DNA of 64,000 nt from Bacteroidales bacterium (GCA_003142255.1 PLLO01000013.1:64784-128783), one strand, 5' to 3'; shown: positions 39,633 to 50,077, counted from the first letter of the stretch. Notes: a model not told the origin generated them from the sequence alone. Numbers and translations are program-made.

Positions 39633-40538
39633 CTATCTTTTTGTCAGCATAAATGTCGTCCTTCCTATAATATTGTCTTCGAGATAAAGATCCACGCTGT
39701 AATTTCCGACAATAAAATCACCTGTGTTATCGAGGAAAATGCACATCTCAATATCCTGATTCATGTAATCAGCGTTACGGTTTGCCGAATATACCAGCTT
39801 GTTTCCCTTGTAGTCGAACTTGTTATCCGGACTTGTAGCTATCACAAGCGAATCGGGCCTGAGCACTCTCATATAGACATTTTTCGGACCGGCTTTTGCC
39901 AGCGGGTTTTCGCGCAATGTGAAACAGATCTTAAGCTTGTCGAGAAGGTTGATCTTTGTTGTTGGCTTCTGTCTTTTATTAAGAGAAGTTGCAACAATGT
40001 CCTTTGCCTGGATCACAGAGGCTATCTCAACTTTTGAGCTTAGCTCTTCCTTCACTTTGGTAAGCTCGGTATTGGTACTCTGAACCTGGGTTATCTGCTG
40101 CTTAATGCTGGTGTTTTCCGTGGCAAGGAATTTATTCCTGGTATTCAGGGAATCAATCTGAACGATGTAGCTCTTCATTATCTCCCGCATTGTTGAGATT
40201 TCTCCTTTATATTTCTTTATAAGCTGAATGTTTGAAGCATTGATTGAGAGAAGCTTGACAATTTTATTCTTTTCGCGGGCGAGCCCGGCATTAAGACTAT
40301 CATTATCAGTTTTAAGCGTATCGAAACCAACTATCATGCGGCTCAATTCTTTAGCCAGAGAATCTTTTTCCTGGGTCAGAGCCGTCTCCATTTCCTGCAT
40401 TTTATTTTTCTGATCGAAATACCGGGCTATCAGGAAAATAAGAGCGCCGGCAAGAATGATTGATATAGCTATCATTACTATCGGGGCACCCTTTTTAGGA
40501 GCAGGAGTATTGGCCGGAATGTTTTCAGTTGCTGTCAT
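39633..40538 (-). CDS. Hypothetical membrane-anchored coiled-coil protein
   Basis: Start moved to MTATENIP; one TM helix, then a heptad-rich region and a beta-rich C-terminus; no family recognised. Confidence 0.5.
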   Translation of the reverse strand: MTATENIPANTPAPKKGAPIVMIAISIILAGALIFLIARYFDQKNKMQEMETALTQEKDSLAKELSRMIVGFDTLKTDNDSLNAGLAREKNKIVKLLSINASNIQLIKKYKGEISTMREIMKSYIVQIDSLNTRNKFLATENTSIKQQITQVQSTNTELTKVKEELSSKVEIASVIQAKDIVATSLNKRQKPTTKINLLDKLKICFTLRENPLAKAGPKNVYMRVLRPDSLVIATSPDNKFDYKGNKLVYSANRNADYMNQDIEMCIFLDNTGDFIVGNYSVDLYLEDNIIGRTTFMLTKR

Positions 40539-40654
40539 TTGTGTGATTTTTAGTAAGATAAAAGTGTACAAAATTAATAATATCTTTCAATTATAAGAAT
40601 ATCAGTTTCTATAAGTAAATTTACAATTAAACGTTGATATTAATTTAATATTTT

Positions 40655-41512
40655 ATGAAATACATCGGAGCACATGTCAGCGCAGAGGGAGGAGTTCAAA
40701 ATGCCCCTATAAATGCCAATGCAATTAAAGCCAGGGCTTTTGCCCTCTTTACAAAAAACCAGAGACAATGGGTTTCTGCTCCCCTGTCCGCAAAAACGAT
40801 AAACGAATTCCGAACTAATTGTGAAAAACTTGATTTTAAGCCATTTCAGATACTTCCGCACGACAGTTACCTGATCAATCTTGGCCATCCCGAAAAAGAG
40901 CCCCTTGAAAAATCGAGGAATTCATTTCTCGACGAGATGAAGAGATGCGAGCTGCTTGGCCTCGACAGGCTCAATTTTCACCCCGGCAGCCACCTGAATG
41001 CCATCCCTGTCGAAAAGTGCCTGGAAAGAATGTCGGAATCAATAAACCTTGTCCTCAACAAGACAAAAGGAGTAACTGCTGTTATTGAAAATACAGCAGG
41101 ACAGGGAACCAACCTCGGCTATACTTTCGAACAGATAAGGCACATTATAGATTTTGTTGATGACAAATCGCGGGTCGGGGTCTGTATAGACACCTGCCAT
41201 GCATATACATCGGGATATGATGTAAAAACGAAAACAGGCTTTACGGAGACCTTCAAAAAATTCGACGAAATCATCGGCTTTAAATATCTCATGGGGATAC
41301 ATTTGAATGACTCAAAGAAAGATTTCGGAACCAGGGTTGACCGTCACGAGAATATCGGAACAGGGTTCCTTGGAGACTCAACATTTAAATTTATTATGAA
41401 CGACAGCCGTTTCGACAACATGCCTCTTATCCTTGAAACGCCCGAGGAATCGCTCTGGGGAAAAGAGATTGCATTGCTTTATTCATTTGCCGGAACCGGC
41501 GCTGTTAAATAA
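40655..41512 (+). CDS. nfo: Deoxyribonuclease IV (endonuclease IV)
   Basis: 285 aa; GAHVS start, NFHPGSH, CIDTCH and LETP motifs. Confidence 0.9.
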   Translation: MKYIGAHVSAEGGVQNAPINANAIKARAFALFTKNQRQWVSAPLSAKTINEFRTNCEKLDFKPFQILPHDSYLINLGHPEKEPLEKSRNSFLDEMKRCELLGLDRLNFHPGSHLNAIPVEKCLERMSESINLVLNKTKGVTAVIENTAGQGTNLGYTFEQIRHIIDFVDDKSRVGVCIDTCHAYTSGYDVKTKTGFTETFKKFDEIIGFKYLMGIHLNDSKKDFGTRVDRHENIGTGFLGDSTFKFIMNDSRFDNMPLILETPEESLWGKEIALLYSFAGTGAVK

Positions 41513-42277
41513 GCTTAAGTCAGTTTCATTAAGTTTTTCGCAGGTAACCTTATAACCTAATTTGAAAAGGTCGTCGGCTTTATCGGTATCTAGAAAGCCA
41601 AAATTTTTCAATTCGTCAGGCGCAATAAAAAGATCAAATCTCCCCGCCTTCCCTTCTGCCTCTTTTGTCAGGTCGAGCATGAAAGTCCTGACCGCAATTT
41701 TAATAAGACCCGAAGTTGATGCCTCATAACCGACAGGGTTTACGAAGGAGCCGATTATCCTGTGACATTTATTTTCAATTGGTTTTATGGGAAGATTGTC
41801 GAGCACACCGCCGTCGACATAATATATTTTGTTAATTATCACTGGTTTGAACAAAACAGGGATGCTGGAAGATGCTATTATAGTGGTTATCAGGTCTCCA
41901 TTTGAAAAACATACAGCCTTGCCATGATTGAGATCAGTGGCAGTGACGATCAGGGGTATTTTCAGATCTTCGAATTTCTTTGCCCGGAGATTAGTTTCAA
42001 GTAGTTTAGTAATGCCCGATATCTGCAGCAGGCCATCCCGAGGCAATGTCGGGCGCATATAATCGAGACGGCTTATTTTCTTCATAATTTTAAGTATCTC
42101 CCTGGGGGAATTGCCGTCACAATAAAGAACCCCTGCCAGCGCGCCTGCGCTGGTACCAGAAATGATATCGGGAAATATTCCGGCCTCGTTAAGCGCCTGC
42201 AAAACGCCAAGATGTGCAAAGCCTCTGGCCCCGCCACCGCTGAGAACCAACCCGATATTATATTTTTCTTCAGACAT
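41483..42277 (-). CDS. Patatin-like phospholipase
   Basis: 264 aa; GGGARG oxyanion motif, GTSAG nucleophile, DGG motif. Confidence 0.85.
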   Translation of the reverse strand: MSEEKYNIGLVLSGGGARGFAHLGVLQALNEAGIFPDIISGTSAGALAGVLYCDGNSPREILKIMKKISRLDYMRPTLPRDGLLQISGITKLLETNLRAKKFEDLKIPLIVTATDLNHGKAVCFSNGDLITTIIASSSIPVLFKPVIINKIYYVDGGVLDNLPIKPIENKCHRIIGSFVNPVGYEASTSGLIKIAVRTFMLDLTKEAEGKAGRFDLFIAPDELKNFGFLDTDKADDLFKLGYKVTCEKLNETDLSLFNSAGSGK

Positions 42278-42297
42278 ATATATTAGTAAGAGGAGGA

Positions 42298-43590
42298 TTA
42301 GTGGAAAATGACTTCAAAAAGCAATTTCAGGTTAAGAAAGACAACCACTCCTCCAATGATACATAAAAGAACAATCAAAAAGCGGCTGTTGGCATATTTT
42401 CCCATTACTTTTTTCGACGAGGTAAGATAAATCTGAATAGCTATTGTAAATGGCAGCTGAATGCTCAGAAATACCTGTGAAAGAATGAGTCCTTTAAATG
42501 GATCGCCGATGAAGAATATAATAATCAAGCCTCCGATAAGGGAGATAAGAACCCCGGCCCGGGTATGGCTGTCTTTAATATTATAGGGCTCAAGAAACAT
42601 TCCTGATACGATAGATCCACCAGCCATTGCGGAAGTTATTGAAGAGGCAATGCCTGAAAACAGCAAGGCGACGGCAAAAATAACAACTGCGTTTGTTCCC
42701 AATAAAGGTTCAAGGAGACTTTTTGCCTGCTGCAGCTCTTCAACCTTAATGCCGTGACTGAAAAATGTCGCAGCGGCAAGGATTATAATTGCACTGTTAA
42801 TTCCCCATCCGACGATCATCGAAAACAGCGTATCGGCAAATTCGTATTTCAATTGCCTGGTAATTATTTTTTCATCCTCAAGATGCCACTGGCGGCTTTG
42901 AATGATCTCTGAATGAAGGAACAGGTTATGGGGCATTACGACCGCACCAAGGACGCTCATTAACAAAAGCATCGAACCCTTGGGAATTGATGGCTTTATA
43001 CTGGAAACAGCTGCCTTTCCCCAGTCAACATCGACAAGGAATAATTCGTAAAGAAAAGCGATGCCTATAATTGAAACAAATCCTATTATCCACTTTTCAA
43101 TTTTCCTGTAAGAATGGGAAAAGAGCATAATGATGACAAATATTGTAACCATTATTGCACCTATCCGGATGGGAATCTTAAATAGCATCTGAAGAGCAAT
43201 TGCTCCGCCGAGAATCTCGGCAAGAGATGTTGCGACAGAAGCCAGCTCAGCAAAAGAGAGCATAATTCTCGAAATCCTCCGGTTTGTATAAATTGTTGCA
43301 GCCTCTGAAAGACAATACCCCGTTGCAATGCCAAGATGAGCCACGTTGTGCTGCAGGACAGTAAGCATAATTGTCGATAATGTCACTACCCAGAGGAGAG
43401 TGTACCCGTATCCCGACCCGGTGGCGATATTGGCCGCCCAGTTTCCGGGATCGGTAAATCCAACCGTAACGAGCAATCCCGGGCCGATGTACTTAAGAAT
43501 ATCACTCGCGCCGAAAATCCGATGGTGATCCTTGCTTTTGAGATCCCTTAGAAACCGGGCAGGATTAATAAATGATTTTAAATCAGCCAT
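42298..43590 (-). CDS. mntH: Nramp family divalent metal transporter
   Basis: 430 aa; DPGNW motif and about 11 TM helices. Confidence 0.85.
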   Translation of the reverse strand: MADLKSFINPARFLRDLKSKDHHRIFGASDILKYIGPGLLVTVGFTDPGNWAANIATGSGYGYTLLWVVTLSTIMLTVLQHNVAHLGIATGYCLSEAATIYTNRRISRIMLSFAELASVATSLAEILGGAIALQMLFKIPIRIGAIMVTIFVIIMLFSHSYRKIEKWIIGFVSIIGIAFLYELFLVDVDWGKAAVSSIKPSIPKGSMLLLMSVLGAVVMPHNLFLHSEIIQSRQWHLEDEKIITRQLKYEFADTLFSMIVGWGINSAIIILAAATFFSHGIKVEELQQAKSLLEPLLGTNAVVIFAVALLFSGIASSITSAMAGGSIVSGMFLEPYNIKDSHTRAGVLISLIGGLIIIFFIGDPFKGLILSQVFLSIQLPFTIAIQIYLTSSKKVMGKYANSRFLIVLLCIIGGVVVFLNLKLLFEVIFH

Positions 43591-43730
43591 AACACACTAT
43601 AAACCATGAGGTTAAAAAAAGAATAAATTAATCCCAATAGTTCTGACAAATATAAGTAATGATTAATGATTCTCATATAAAAGCCCAGGCGACTGTTCTG
43701 TTATTTATTTTAATTTTGAAAGAAAAAACA

Positions 43731-43808
43731 ATGGCATTCGTTTTAACCGCTTTTGATGGAACTGACCCGGATGCTCCGGGGAGGAGGATGAAACCCCAGG
43801 TAGAATGA
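43731..43808 (+). CDS. Possible 25-codon upstream ORF overlapping the next start (ATGA)
   Basis: Own reading: MAFVLTAFDGTDPDAPGRRMKPQVE*. Could be a gene remnant or chance. Confidence 0.2.
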   Translation: MAFVLTAFDGTDPDAPGRRMKPQVE

Positions 43809-44260
43809 ACCTCAAAAAATTGAATCCGGCCGTCGACAAAAAATATCTTCTCATCACAGCTGGTATTATGTGGTGTGGGGTAGGAATGATGCTGATATCA
43901 TTTGCAGTCTCATGGCTGATCCATTACGAAGGACGAGGAAAAATACTGTTTTATGTTGCCGGGCTGCTTGCCGGAATGCCAATTCATTTCATGGGGTTTT
44001 CGAAGCTGGCACGAAAAAATATAGCCAGGCTGGTTGCGCTTCAGGGGAAGAAATGCTTCTTTTCATTCATCACATGGAAAAGCTACCTGATAATAATAGT
44101 AATGGTAACCCTGGGAATAACTCTCCGGCATTCATCTATTCCGAAACAATACTTGTCCATTCTCTATAACGGGCTCGGGATAGGATTGTTCCTTTCCGGG
44201 ACTCTTTATCTTATGACTTCATTTAAAATGATATTATCGAATCAAAAACAAAATCCCTAA
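43805..44260 (+). CDS. Hypothetical membrane protein (four TM helices)
   Basis: 151 aa, hydrophobic; no family recognised. Confidence 0.5.
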   Translation: MNLKKLNPAVDKKYLLITAGIMWCGVGMMLISFAVSWLIHYEGRGKILFYVAGLLAGMPIHFMGFSKLARKNIARLVALQGKKCFFSFITWKSYLIIIVMVTLGITLRHSSIPKQYLSILYNGLGIGLFLSGTLYLMTSFKMILSNQKQNP

Positions 44261-44262
44261 AC

Positions 44263-45144
44263 ATGAAAAAACTATTTGCTTGTTTATTTTCAATGTTCCT
44301 GTTTGTCCCGCTGCTTCCACAGGCAAACAGCAGCCAGGTCATTCCCTTCAGGATGGAAGAGCTTACCGCCACACAGTTTGTATCCGCTATTGCAAAGGCA
44401 GGCAGCGTATGCGTTATCCCTCTCGGGATATTGGAAAAACACGGACCGCACCTACCTATCGGCGCAGATCTCTTTCAGGCAAGGGAAGTCGCATTCATGG
44501 CGGCGGAGAAAGAGTATGCAGTGGTATTTCCGCCATATTTTACGGGACAGATATTTGAGGCAAAGCATCAGCCCGGAGCTATAGCTTACAGCACCGATCT
44601 GATGTGGAAAATGCTCGATGAAACATGCAGCGAACTCTCAAGAAACGGGTTTAAAAAGATAATCCTGCTTAGTGGTCATGGAGGAAACAATAGTTTTTTG
44701 CCATTTTTCTGCCAGTCCCAGCTCGCCAGCCCAAGGGATTATATTGTTGTTCTGTTCCAGCCAAGTCCTGATGAGGCAACTCAAAAAGCCATAAATACCC
44801 TGAAGAAAACAAAAAATGATGGTCATGCCGGCGAAGAGGAAACCTCAATGATGTATGTTATCCGCCCCGACCTGGTGCATGCTGAAGATGCAAAAAGCCA
44901 GTCTGGAGCAGACCAGGCCCATCTTAAAGACCTGCCATTCGGATATACCGGGATATGGTGGTATGCAAGATTCCCCAATCATTATGCCGGAGACGGAAGC
45001 CAGTACAACAAAGAGCTTGGTAAACTGCTGCTAAAATCGGACGCCGACCAGCTGGTTGAACTGATCAGTTATCTGAAGAAGAATAATACGATCGAAACTT
45101 TAACAAAGGAATTCTATAGTAAAGCTGGTGCCCCGGTCAAATAG
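44263..45144 (+). CDS. Creatininase family amidohydrolase, secreted
   Basis: 293 aa; signal peptide; LGILEKHGPHLPIGADL and GHGGN motifs. Confidence 0.75.
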   Translation: MKKLFACLFSMFLFVPLLPQANSSQVIPFRMEELTATQFVSAIAKAGSVCVIPLGILEKHGPHLPIGADLFQAREVAFMAAEKEYAVVFPPYFTGQIFEAKHQPGAIAYSTDLMWKMLDETCSELSRNGFKKIILLSGHGGNNSFLPFFCQSQLASPRDYIVVLFQPSPDEATQKAINTLKKTKNDGHAGEEETSMMYVIRPDLVHAEDAKSQSGADQAHLKDLPFGYTGIWWYARFPNHYAGDGSQYNKELGKLLLKSDADQLVELISYLKKNNTIETLTKEFYSKAGAPVK

Positions 45145-45196
45145 TATCTGCAAAAGATAGAAATCGTTGCAATATCGCAATTTGTTTGTGCTAGGA

Positions 45197-45353
45197 GAGA
45201 TTCCTCATTCCTCCGCCTGAAGGCGGATCCATTCGGAATGACAATTCATTTTTTATACAGGGGAAGGTAAGGCGATTCGCTCAGTCGAATCGTCTTACCT
45301 TCCCATATTAACCTAAAAATGCTTGTCATTCCGAGCGTTAGCGAGGAATCTTT
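45197..45353. repeat. Nested palindromic intergenic element (inverted GATTCCTC..TTCGGAATGACA arms flanking a 19-bp-stem hairpin)
   Basis: Left arm 45197-45243 (contains CCGCC-tgaa-GGCGG). Central hairpin 45261-45304 is GGGAAGGTAAGGCGATTCG / CGAATCGTCTTACCTTCCC. Right arm 45324-45353 is TGTCATTCCGAGCGTTAGCGAGGAATC. Confidence 0.7.
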
Positions 45354-45404
45354 ATTTATTATCCACTTTACTTTTAACAAATTCATACAAATATTGTAGG
45401 ATAA

Positions 45405-46826
45405 TCACTTAGCTTTTTTAGGTTTTATCCAATCCATAAAATCGAGGACTGAAAAAAGAGCTCCAACCGATTCGATTTCCCTGAGAGTCCTGATTATCAT
45501 CCCGGGACGGAAATAGAATTTACGGTAAGCATAATTCCTGATCTTTTTAATTTCCCGCGGGGAGAGGTTTTCATTTCCTGTCACCGATCGGGTAAGTTCA
45601 AATTGCGTATAATCAATACCTGTTATACTATTCTGTTCTGCGGCAATCCTTCCAAATTCGGTTTTCGGATATGGTACAGCGCAATAAAACTGTGCAAATG
45701 TTACATTCCTGCAGGCAAAACCGATCGTCTTCAAGGCAGACTCACGGGTATCGCCCGGCAGTCCGAAAACAAAATGGCCCATCGATTTGATGCCGGCATT
45801 TCTGACCATTTCAACAGCAGCATCGATTTGTTCAATAGTTATTCTTTTGCGTGCACGGTTCAATACCTCTTGGTCGTACGATTCAATACCGAGACCAAGT
45901 AGTATACACCCGGCCCTCTTCATTTTTTCAAGCAATAACGGATTCAATGTATCAACCCTTGATGTTGACGACCATGTAATTTTAATATTCCTGCTGATTA
46001 TCTCATAACAAATTGCCTCCCCGTATTCAGGGTCGGTCGTAAACGATTCTCCCCAGAAAAGAAAATTCCGGATATCATATTTATTAATGCACTCCTCAAT
46101 TTCTCCGATGATGCTTTCAACAGACCTTTTCCTGAATTTTTTTCCGTAATAAAGATTGGCAACGCAATAGATGCATCTTTCAGAGCATCCGCGACCGACA
46201 CTCAGGAGGGTGAATCTTTTTCGGTTAGTGGGAAGCCTGTAGGCGTCGTTGTTTAGAAGGTCCCGGGCCGGGAAAGGAAGATCGTCAAGATTGTTTTCAC
46301 CAAGGTTCTGCCTTTCATTGACAACGACAACTTCTCCCTTTCTGAATATCAGTCCACGTATTTGTTCAAGCGGCTTTTTGTCTGAAAGAGCTGAGGCAAG
46401 CGCAGCAACAACCCATTCCGGCTCGTCCATAACAGCAAAATCGACCTGCGGAAATTTTTCCAGGCAATCCTTTTCATAAAGCGAGGGAAACATTCCGACG
46501 ACAGCTATTTTTGCCGTCGGCAGAATTGCCTTTATTGCTGCGGCTGTTTTCATATCCCCCGGGATAGAAGGAATGGCCGTATTTAACACTACTATTTCAG
46601 GCATGAATTCCCTGGCGAGATCAAGGAATTCAGCTTCGTTCATTTTTTCAGCAATACAATCGACTAGCCTTATTTCGTGTCCGTCTTTTCTGAGAACTGC
46701 GGAAATATAACAGAGAGATAGCGGCATCCACAGTGCAGCCCACGAAGATTTTGTCTGCATGCAGCGTCCCTCGCGGATATAATCCTTTTTATTGAATGCC
46801 GGCGGATTTACAACTAATATTCTCAT
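45405..46826 (-). CDS. B12-binding domain radical SAM protein (class B)
   Basis: 473 aa; N-terminal B12-binding-like domain (MRILVVNPP...); CSERCIYC radical SAM cluster motif. Confidence 0.8.
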   Translation of the reverse strand: MRILVVNPPAFNKKDYIREGRCMQTKSSWAALWMPLSLCYISAVLRKDGHEIRLVDCIAEKMNEAEFLDLAREFMPEIVVLNTAIPSIPGDMKTAAAIKAILPTAKIAVVGMFPSLYEKDCLEKFPQVDFAVMDEPEWVVAALASALSDKKPLEQIRGLIFRKGEVVVVNERQNLGENNLDDLPFPARDLLNNDAYRLPTNRKRFTLLSVGRGCSERCIYCVANLYYGKKFRKRSVESIIGEIEECINKYDIRNFLFWGESFTTDPEYGEAICYEIISRNIKITWSSTSRVDTLNPLLLEKMKRAGCILLGLGIESYDQEVLNRARKRITIEQIDAAVEMVRNAGIKSMGHFVFGLPGDTRESALKTIGFACRNVTFAQFYCAVPYPKTEFGRIAAEQNSITGIDYTQFELTRSVTGNENLSPREIKKIRNYAYRKFYFRPGMIIRTLREIESVGALFSVLDFMDWIKPKKAK

Positions 46827-47482
46827 CCCAGGATTCTCATTTTAAAAAGGTTAAACAGGTTATCGCATCCGTCGGCAAACATCCTTAACTTTACTTTTCC
46901 TACACGTTTACGGTAACATGAATCAATCTCCCTGGCTCTGCAACTCCTGAAGGCTTTGATTTTTATCTCCTGGCTCAGGGACATCCCATCGCCGGTAAGA
47001 CGGATACTGTCAAGAATCTTTTTTCTGAAGACCCACATGCCGCTCTGGGAATCTTTCAGTCCATAGCTGAAAAGAAGATTTGCAAAGAGCGTTAAAACTT
47101 TATTTCCGAACCTGTTCAGGGGCATCATGGAGTCGTGGTCCATGAAAGCAAATCTGTTAGTGTGAATGAAATCAAGGTTTTCAGTCTCGAGTATCTTCAG
47201 GAGATCCGGGATTTCCTCCATCGGATAACTGCAGTCAGAATCAGCAGTGACAAGTATTTCTCCAATCGAGTTTTTGAATCCAAGCCGGTATTGCCTTCCA
47301 TAGCCTCTGGGAGAACTGATTACTATGGCCCCGAGTGCCGAAGCTATGCCAGAAGTATTATCGTGACTGCCGCCATCTACAACAAGGATTTCAGAATCAT
47401 ATCCCATTTCCTTCAGCTTCGCGAGCGGAATCATGGAAATTGTTTTTCCGATAGACTCTTCTTCGTTGAGAGCCGGCATCAA
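46823..47482 (-). CDS. Glycosyltransferase family 2, small soluble DPM1/GtrB-like (polyprenyl-phosphate glycosyltransferase type)
   Basis: 219 aa; PALNEEESIG, DGGSHD and DSDCSYP (DxD) motifs. The start is uncertain because the reading frame is open and homologous-looking upstream. Confidence 0.7.
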   Translation of the reverse strand: MMPALNEEESIGKTISMIPLAKLKEMGYDSEILVVDGGSHDNTSGIASALGAIVISSPRGYGRQYRLGFKNSIGEILVTADSDCSYPMEEIPDLLKILETENLDFIHTNRFAFMDHDSMMPLNRFGNKVLTLFANLLFSYGLKDSQSGMWVFRKKILDSIRLTGDGMSLSQEIKIKAFRSCRAREIDSCYRKRVGKVKLRMFADGCDNLFNLFKMRILG

Positions 47483-47558
47483 TATGGTTAATCTCGTTCC
47501 GATATAGCACTTTTAATAAAGATGTCGCTGCCGGACAAAATAGTAAAAAAATACAAAT

Positions 47559-48551
47559 CTAATTGCCGGTAATTTCTTTTACTATTCTTAATGTTTCGCC
47601 GGTATCCTCCATTTCGAACAGATGTGGTCTTGTATCTCCGTTATATGGAGAGTGCAAAATGAGCATCAGCTTCCCATCGAATGTATTAAAAAGCATTCCG
47701 TGTCCGCCATTCGCCTTAAACACAGGCTCTTCCTGCTGTTTCCATGGTCCTGCAAGCTTTCCTGATTCTGAAATTGCGATCCCCATCGCATTTCCCTCTT
47801 TTCCTCCGCTTGTCCAGATCATGTAAAGCTTACCGGTTTTTCCCATATGCAAGAGCGGGCCATCGGTAACATAACAGCCGTAAGTATCGCTTATCTTTCC
47901 CCATGGAGCCTGGCTTCCTCGAAACAATCTTTTTGGCTCGCCTGCTGTTTCCGACAGATCGTCTTTAAGCTGCACGTACTCGACACCCCCGTCAGATATC
48001 TGAACCCACTCGTGGCAAAAGACCATGTATGGAATTCCATCCTCTACCCAGAAAGTTCCGTCAAGGGTCATCATGTCGACAGGAAGAGTAGAGTGATTCT
48101 GGAAGGCAGTGAATGGGCCAGTTGGAGAATCAGAGGCAAGAACCTGTGAGCCGCGGGTTACTCTTGGCAACCAGTTGCGCCACTGTTCCGGAAATTTGTT
48201 CCTTGTATCGAATGTCAGAAAGAGATAATATTTCCCTTTATAAAAGTGCATTTCCGGTGCCCAGATGCTAACCACCGGAATATTTCCCCAGACAGTGTCC
48301 GGAGCTGTATAGATCATCTGCGGGCCGGTCCAGGCTATAAGATCCTTGCTTGTATAGGCCCTTACACCGCGCCATCCGGGACCGACAATATAATATGTTT
48401 TTGTTGCCGGATCGGGCAGAACACACATATCGCGCCAGCGGATATCTGAAAATTTAAATGTACCTGATTGCCCTGCCGGAGGCTGGTTCTGAGCCGAAAG
48501 AATAAAAAGAGGCAGCAGAAAGATTAAAATGGCAAAGAGCTTCCTTTTCAT
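47559..48551 (-). CDS. Glycoside hydrolase family 43, secreted
   Basis: Start moved to MKRKLFAILIFLL; IWAPEMHFYKGKYYLF and YVTDGPLL motifs of five-bladed propeller GH43. Confidence 0.75.
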   Translation of the reverse strand: MKRKLFAILIFLLPLFILSAQNQPPAGQSGTFKFSDIRWRDMCVLPDPATKTYYIVGPGWRGVRAYTSKDLIAWTGPQMIYTAPDTVWGNIPVVSIWAPEMHFYKGKYYLFLTFDTRNKFPEQWRNWLPRVTRGSQVLASDSPTGPFTAFQNHSTLPVDMMTLDGTFWVEDGIPYMVFCHEWVQISDGGVEYVQLKDDLSETAGEPKRLFRGSQAPWGKISDTYGCYVTDGPLLHMGKTGKLYMIWTSGGKEGNAMGIAISESGKLAGPWKQQEEPVFKANGGHGMLFNTFDGKLMLILHSPYNGDTRPHLFEMEDTGETLRIVKEITGN

Positions 48552-50077
48552 TGTTTGTCGTATACGAGAGTAATATTTCTTTTCCCCCGCGGAGAGGATG
48601 AGGATTGTTTTATAAAGAGGCTTCTTTTGTTGTCTGACATGTACCATTTTTCAGAAGCAGATGATTCGAAAGACTGGTTTCCTCTCTTCATTGTCGATTT
48701 TGATTCAATGATCAGCGTGTCACCATTTTCGCTACGTTTCAGTGTTGTTACCTGTGAGAAATCAGGATCCGGGGATTGTGTTGTTGTCCCCATGGTAAAG
48801 GCTTCATTGGTCACCCTGTCGTCGCTATCCTCCTGGCGGAAGACTCTTTTTAATGTGAAAGCATTACTGGTTTGCGACGCTTCGAAAAAATCAGGAAGGT
48901 TGCCTGTGCCGACATTATCAAGATGACTTCTGTCTTCATCGAATAGCCATTTGCCTGAAAAATCTACTGTTTCCTTTTTTACTTCTGCAAGCGGAGGAAG
49001 GCCGCAGGCTTTTCGATATGGAGCAATGATTTCCCTGTAGGCAGGATCTTCAAGGCTCAGTACACGCGGGTCGCCGGTAAGAATTCTATAATCCTTTTTA
49101 AGTGTATTTCTCACAAATCCCGACCAGGTGGAATAGTATCCCCATTTCGGCTGCATGGAAAGAATTTCGGGAGAGGGAGGATTTCCAACTTCAGCAAGAA
49201 CCAGGGGCTTGCCTTTGGACAGAACAACGAGACTGTCGTAATAATCCTGCTTGAAATCGCTTCCATATACATCCAGCGCCAGAATATCGAGATAATCGTT
49301 ACCCGGATAGAAGTTGGTAAATTTCATTTCGGGTCTGCTGGGCCGGTCAACGCTCCATATCCATACAAGGTTGTTCAGCTTATGAAATTTTACAAGCCTG
49401 TTAAAAAGCTGCCGGTAAAGAGCCTGAGTGCTGTATTTACCTGTCCGGCAGCCCCACCAGAACCAGCTGCCGTTCATCTCATGATAAGGCCGCCATAAAA
49501 CCGGAACGTGTGCATCCTGAAGCAGCTTAAGATAATGAGCAATTGAATCGACCTGGGCGCACCAGCTTTTATAAAGGTCTGTGCCGGGAGTTAGTATGTC
49601 CTTGAATTGCTGGTCGGTAAGCTGTCCCTGTACGCTTGCCAGAGCAGGTGGATTTGCTCCCGGAACAGGCTGAAAAGTTATCGGTTCTTTGGCAGTGGGA
49701 GGGACCGCATGCCAGCAGATAGTAATTATCGATCCAAGCTTGTGCTGGCGGATCGCCTCTTTGACTATTGCGGGACGGGCAAGATATGAATCCTTGTCAT
49801 TATCTTTTGCAAAGCCCCAGTCAGTGCTGAATACAACAGGGGTCTTGCCAATATATTCTGCAGCAAAAAGCGTATTGCGGTCTTTGATATTCGGGTAGTT
49901 ATGCTGACCCGTAAGAGTATATTTTCCTGAAATACTATAAAACAAATCAAGCAGCGCGACAGCCTCAGGTGAAGCTTTCGGAGTAACCGGGATGTTGGGT
50001 TTTTCCGTTCCCGCAATGGATAAGGAAAATGGGATCAGAAAAAAAAGTGCCATGGATAACTTTATCAACGCTTTCAT
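48548..50077 (-). CDS. Glycoside hydrolase family 26 (beta-mannanase-like) with extra C-terminal domain
   Basis: 509 aa; signal peptide; WRPYHEMNGSWFWWG and LAEVG catalytic motifs. Confidence 0.8.
   Translation of the reverse strand: MKALIKLSMALFFLIPFSLSIAGTEKPNIPVTPKASPEAVALLDLFYSISGKYTLTGQHNYPNIKDRNTLFAAEYIGKTPVVFSTDWGFAKDNDKDSYLARPAIVKEAIRQHKLGSIITICWHAVPPTAKEPITFQPVPGANPPALASVQGQLTDQQFKDILTPGTDLYKSWCAQVDSIAHYLKLLQDAHVPVLWRPYHEMNGSWFWWGCRTGKYSTQALYRQLFNRLVKFHKLNNLVWIWSVDRPSRPEMKFTNFYPGNDYLDILALDVYGSDFKQDYYDSLVVLSKGKPLVLAEVGNPPSPEILSMQPKWGYYSTWSGFVRNTLKKDYRILTGDPRVLSLEDPAYREIIAPYRKACGLPPLAEVKKETVDFSGKWLFDEDRSHLDNVGTGNLPDFFEASQTSNAFTLKRVFRQEDSDDRVTNEAFTMGTTTQSPDPDFSQVTTLKRSENGDTLIIESKSTMKRGNQSFESSASEKWYMSDNKRSLFIKQSSSSPRGKRNITLVYDKQ

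Noticed and set aside
41483-41512. 30-nt convergent overlap of the nfo and patatin-like genes (also an 8-nt overlap of the Rrf2 and VanZ genes at 38040-38047)
   Set aside because: Short 3'-end overlaps of convergent genes are common in compact genomes and nothing else is unusual here. One of the C-terminal tails may simply be non-conserved.
43591-43730. Possible metal riboswitch or structured leader upstream of mntH
   Set aside because: The region is AT-rich, and I could not find the conserved stems or the four-way junction signature of yybP-ykoY type elements. MntH is usually protein-regulated.
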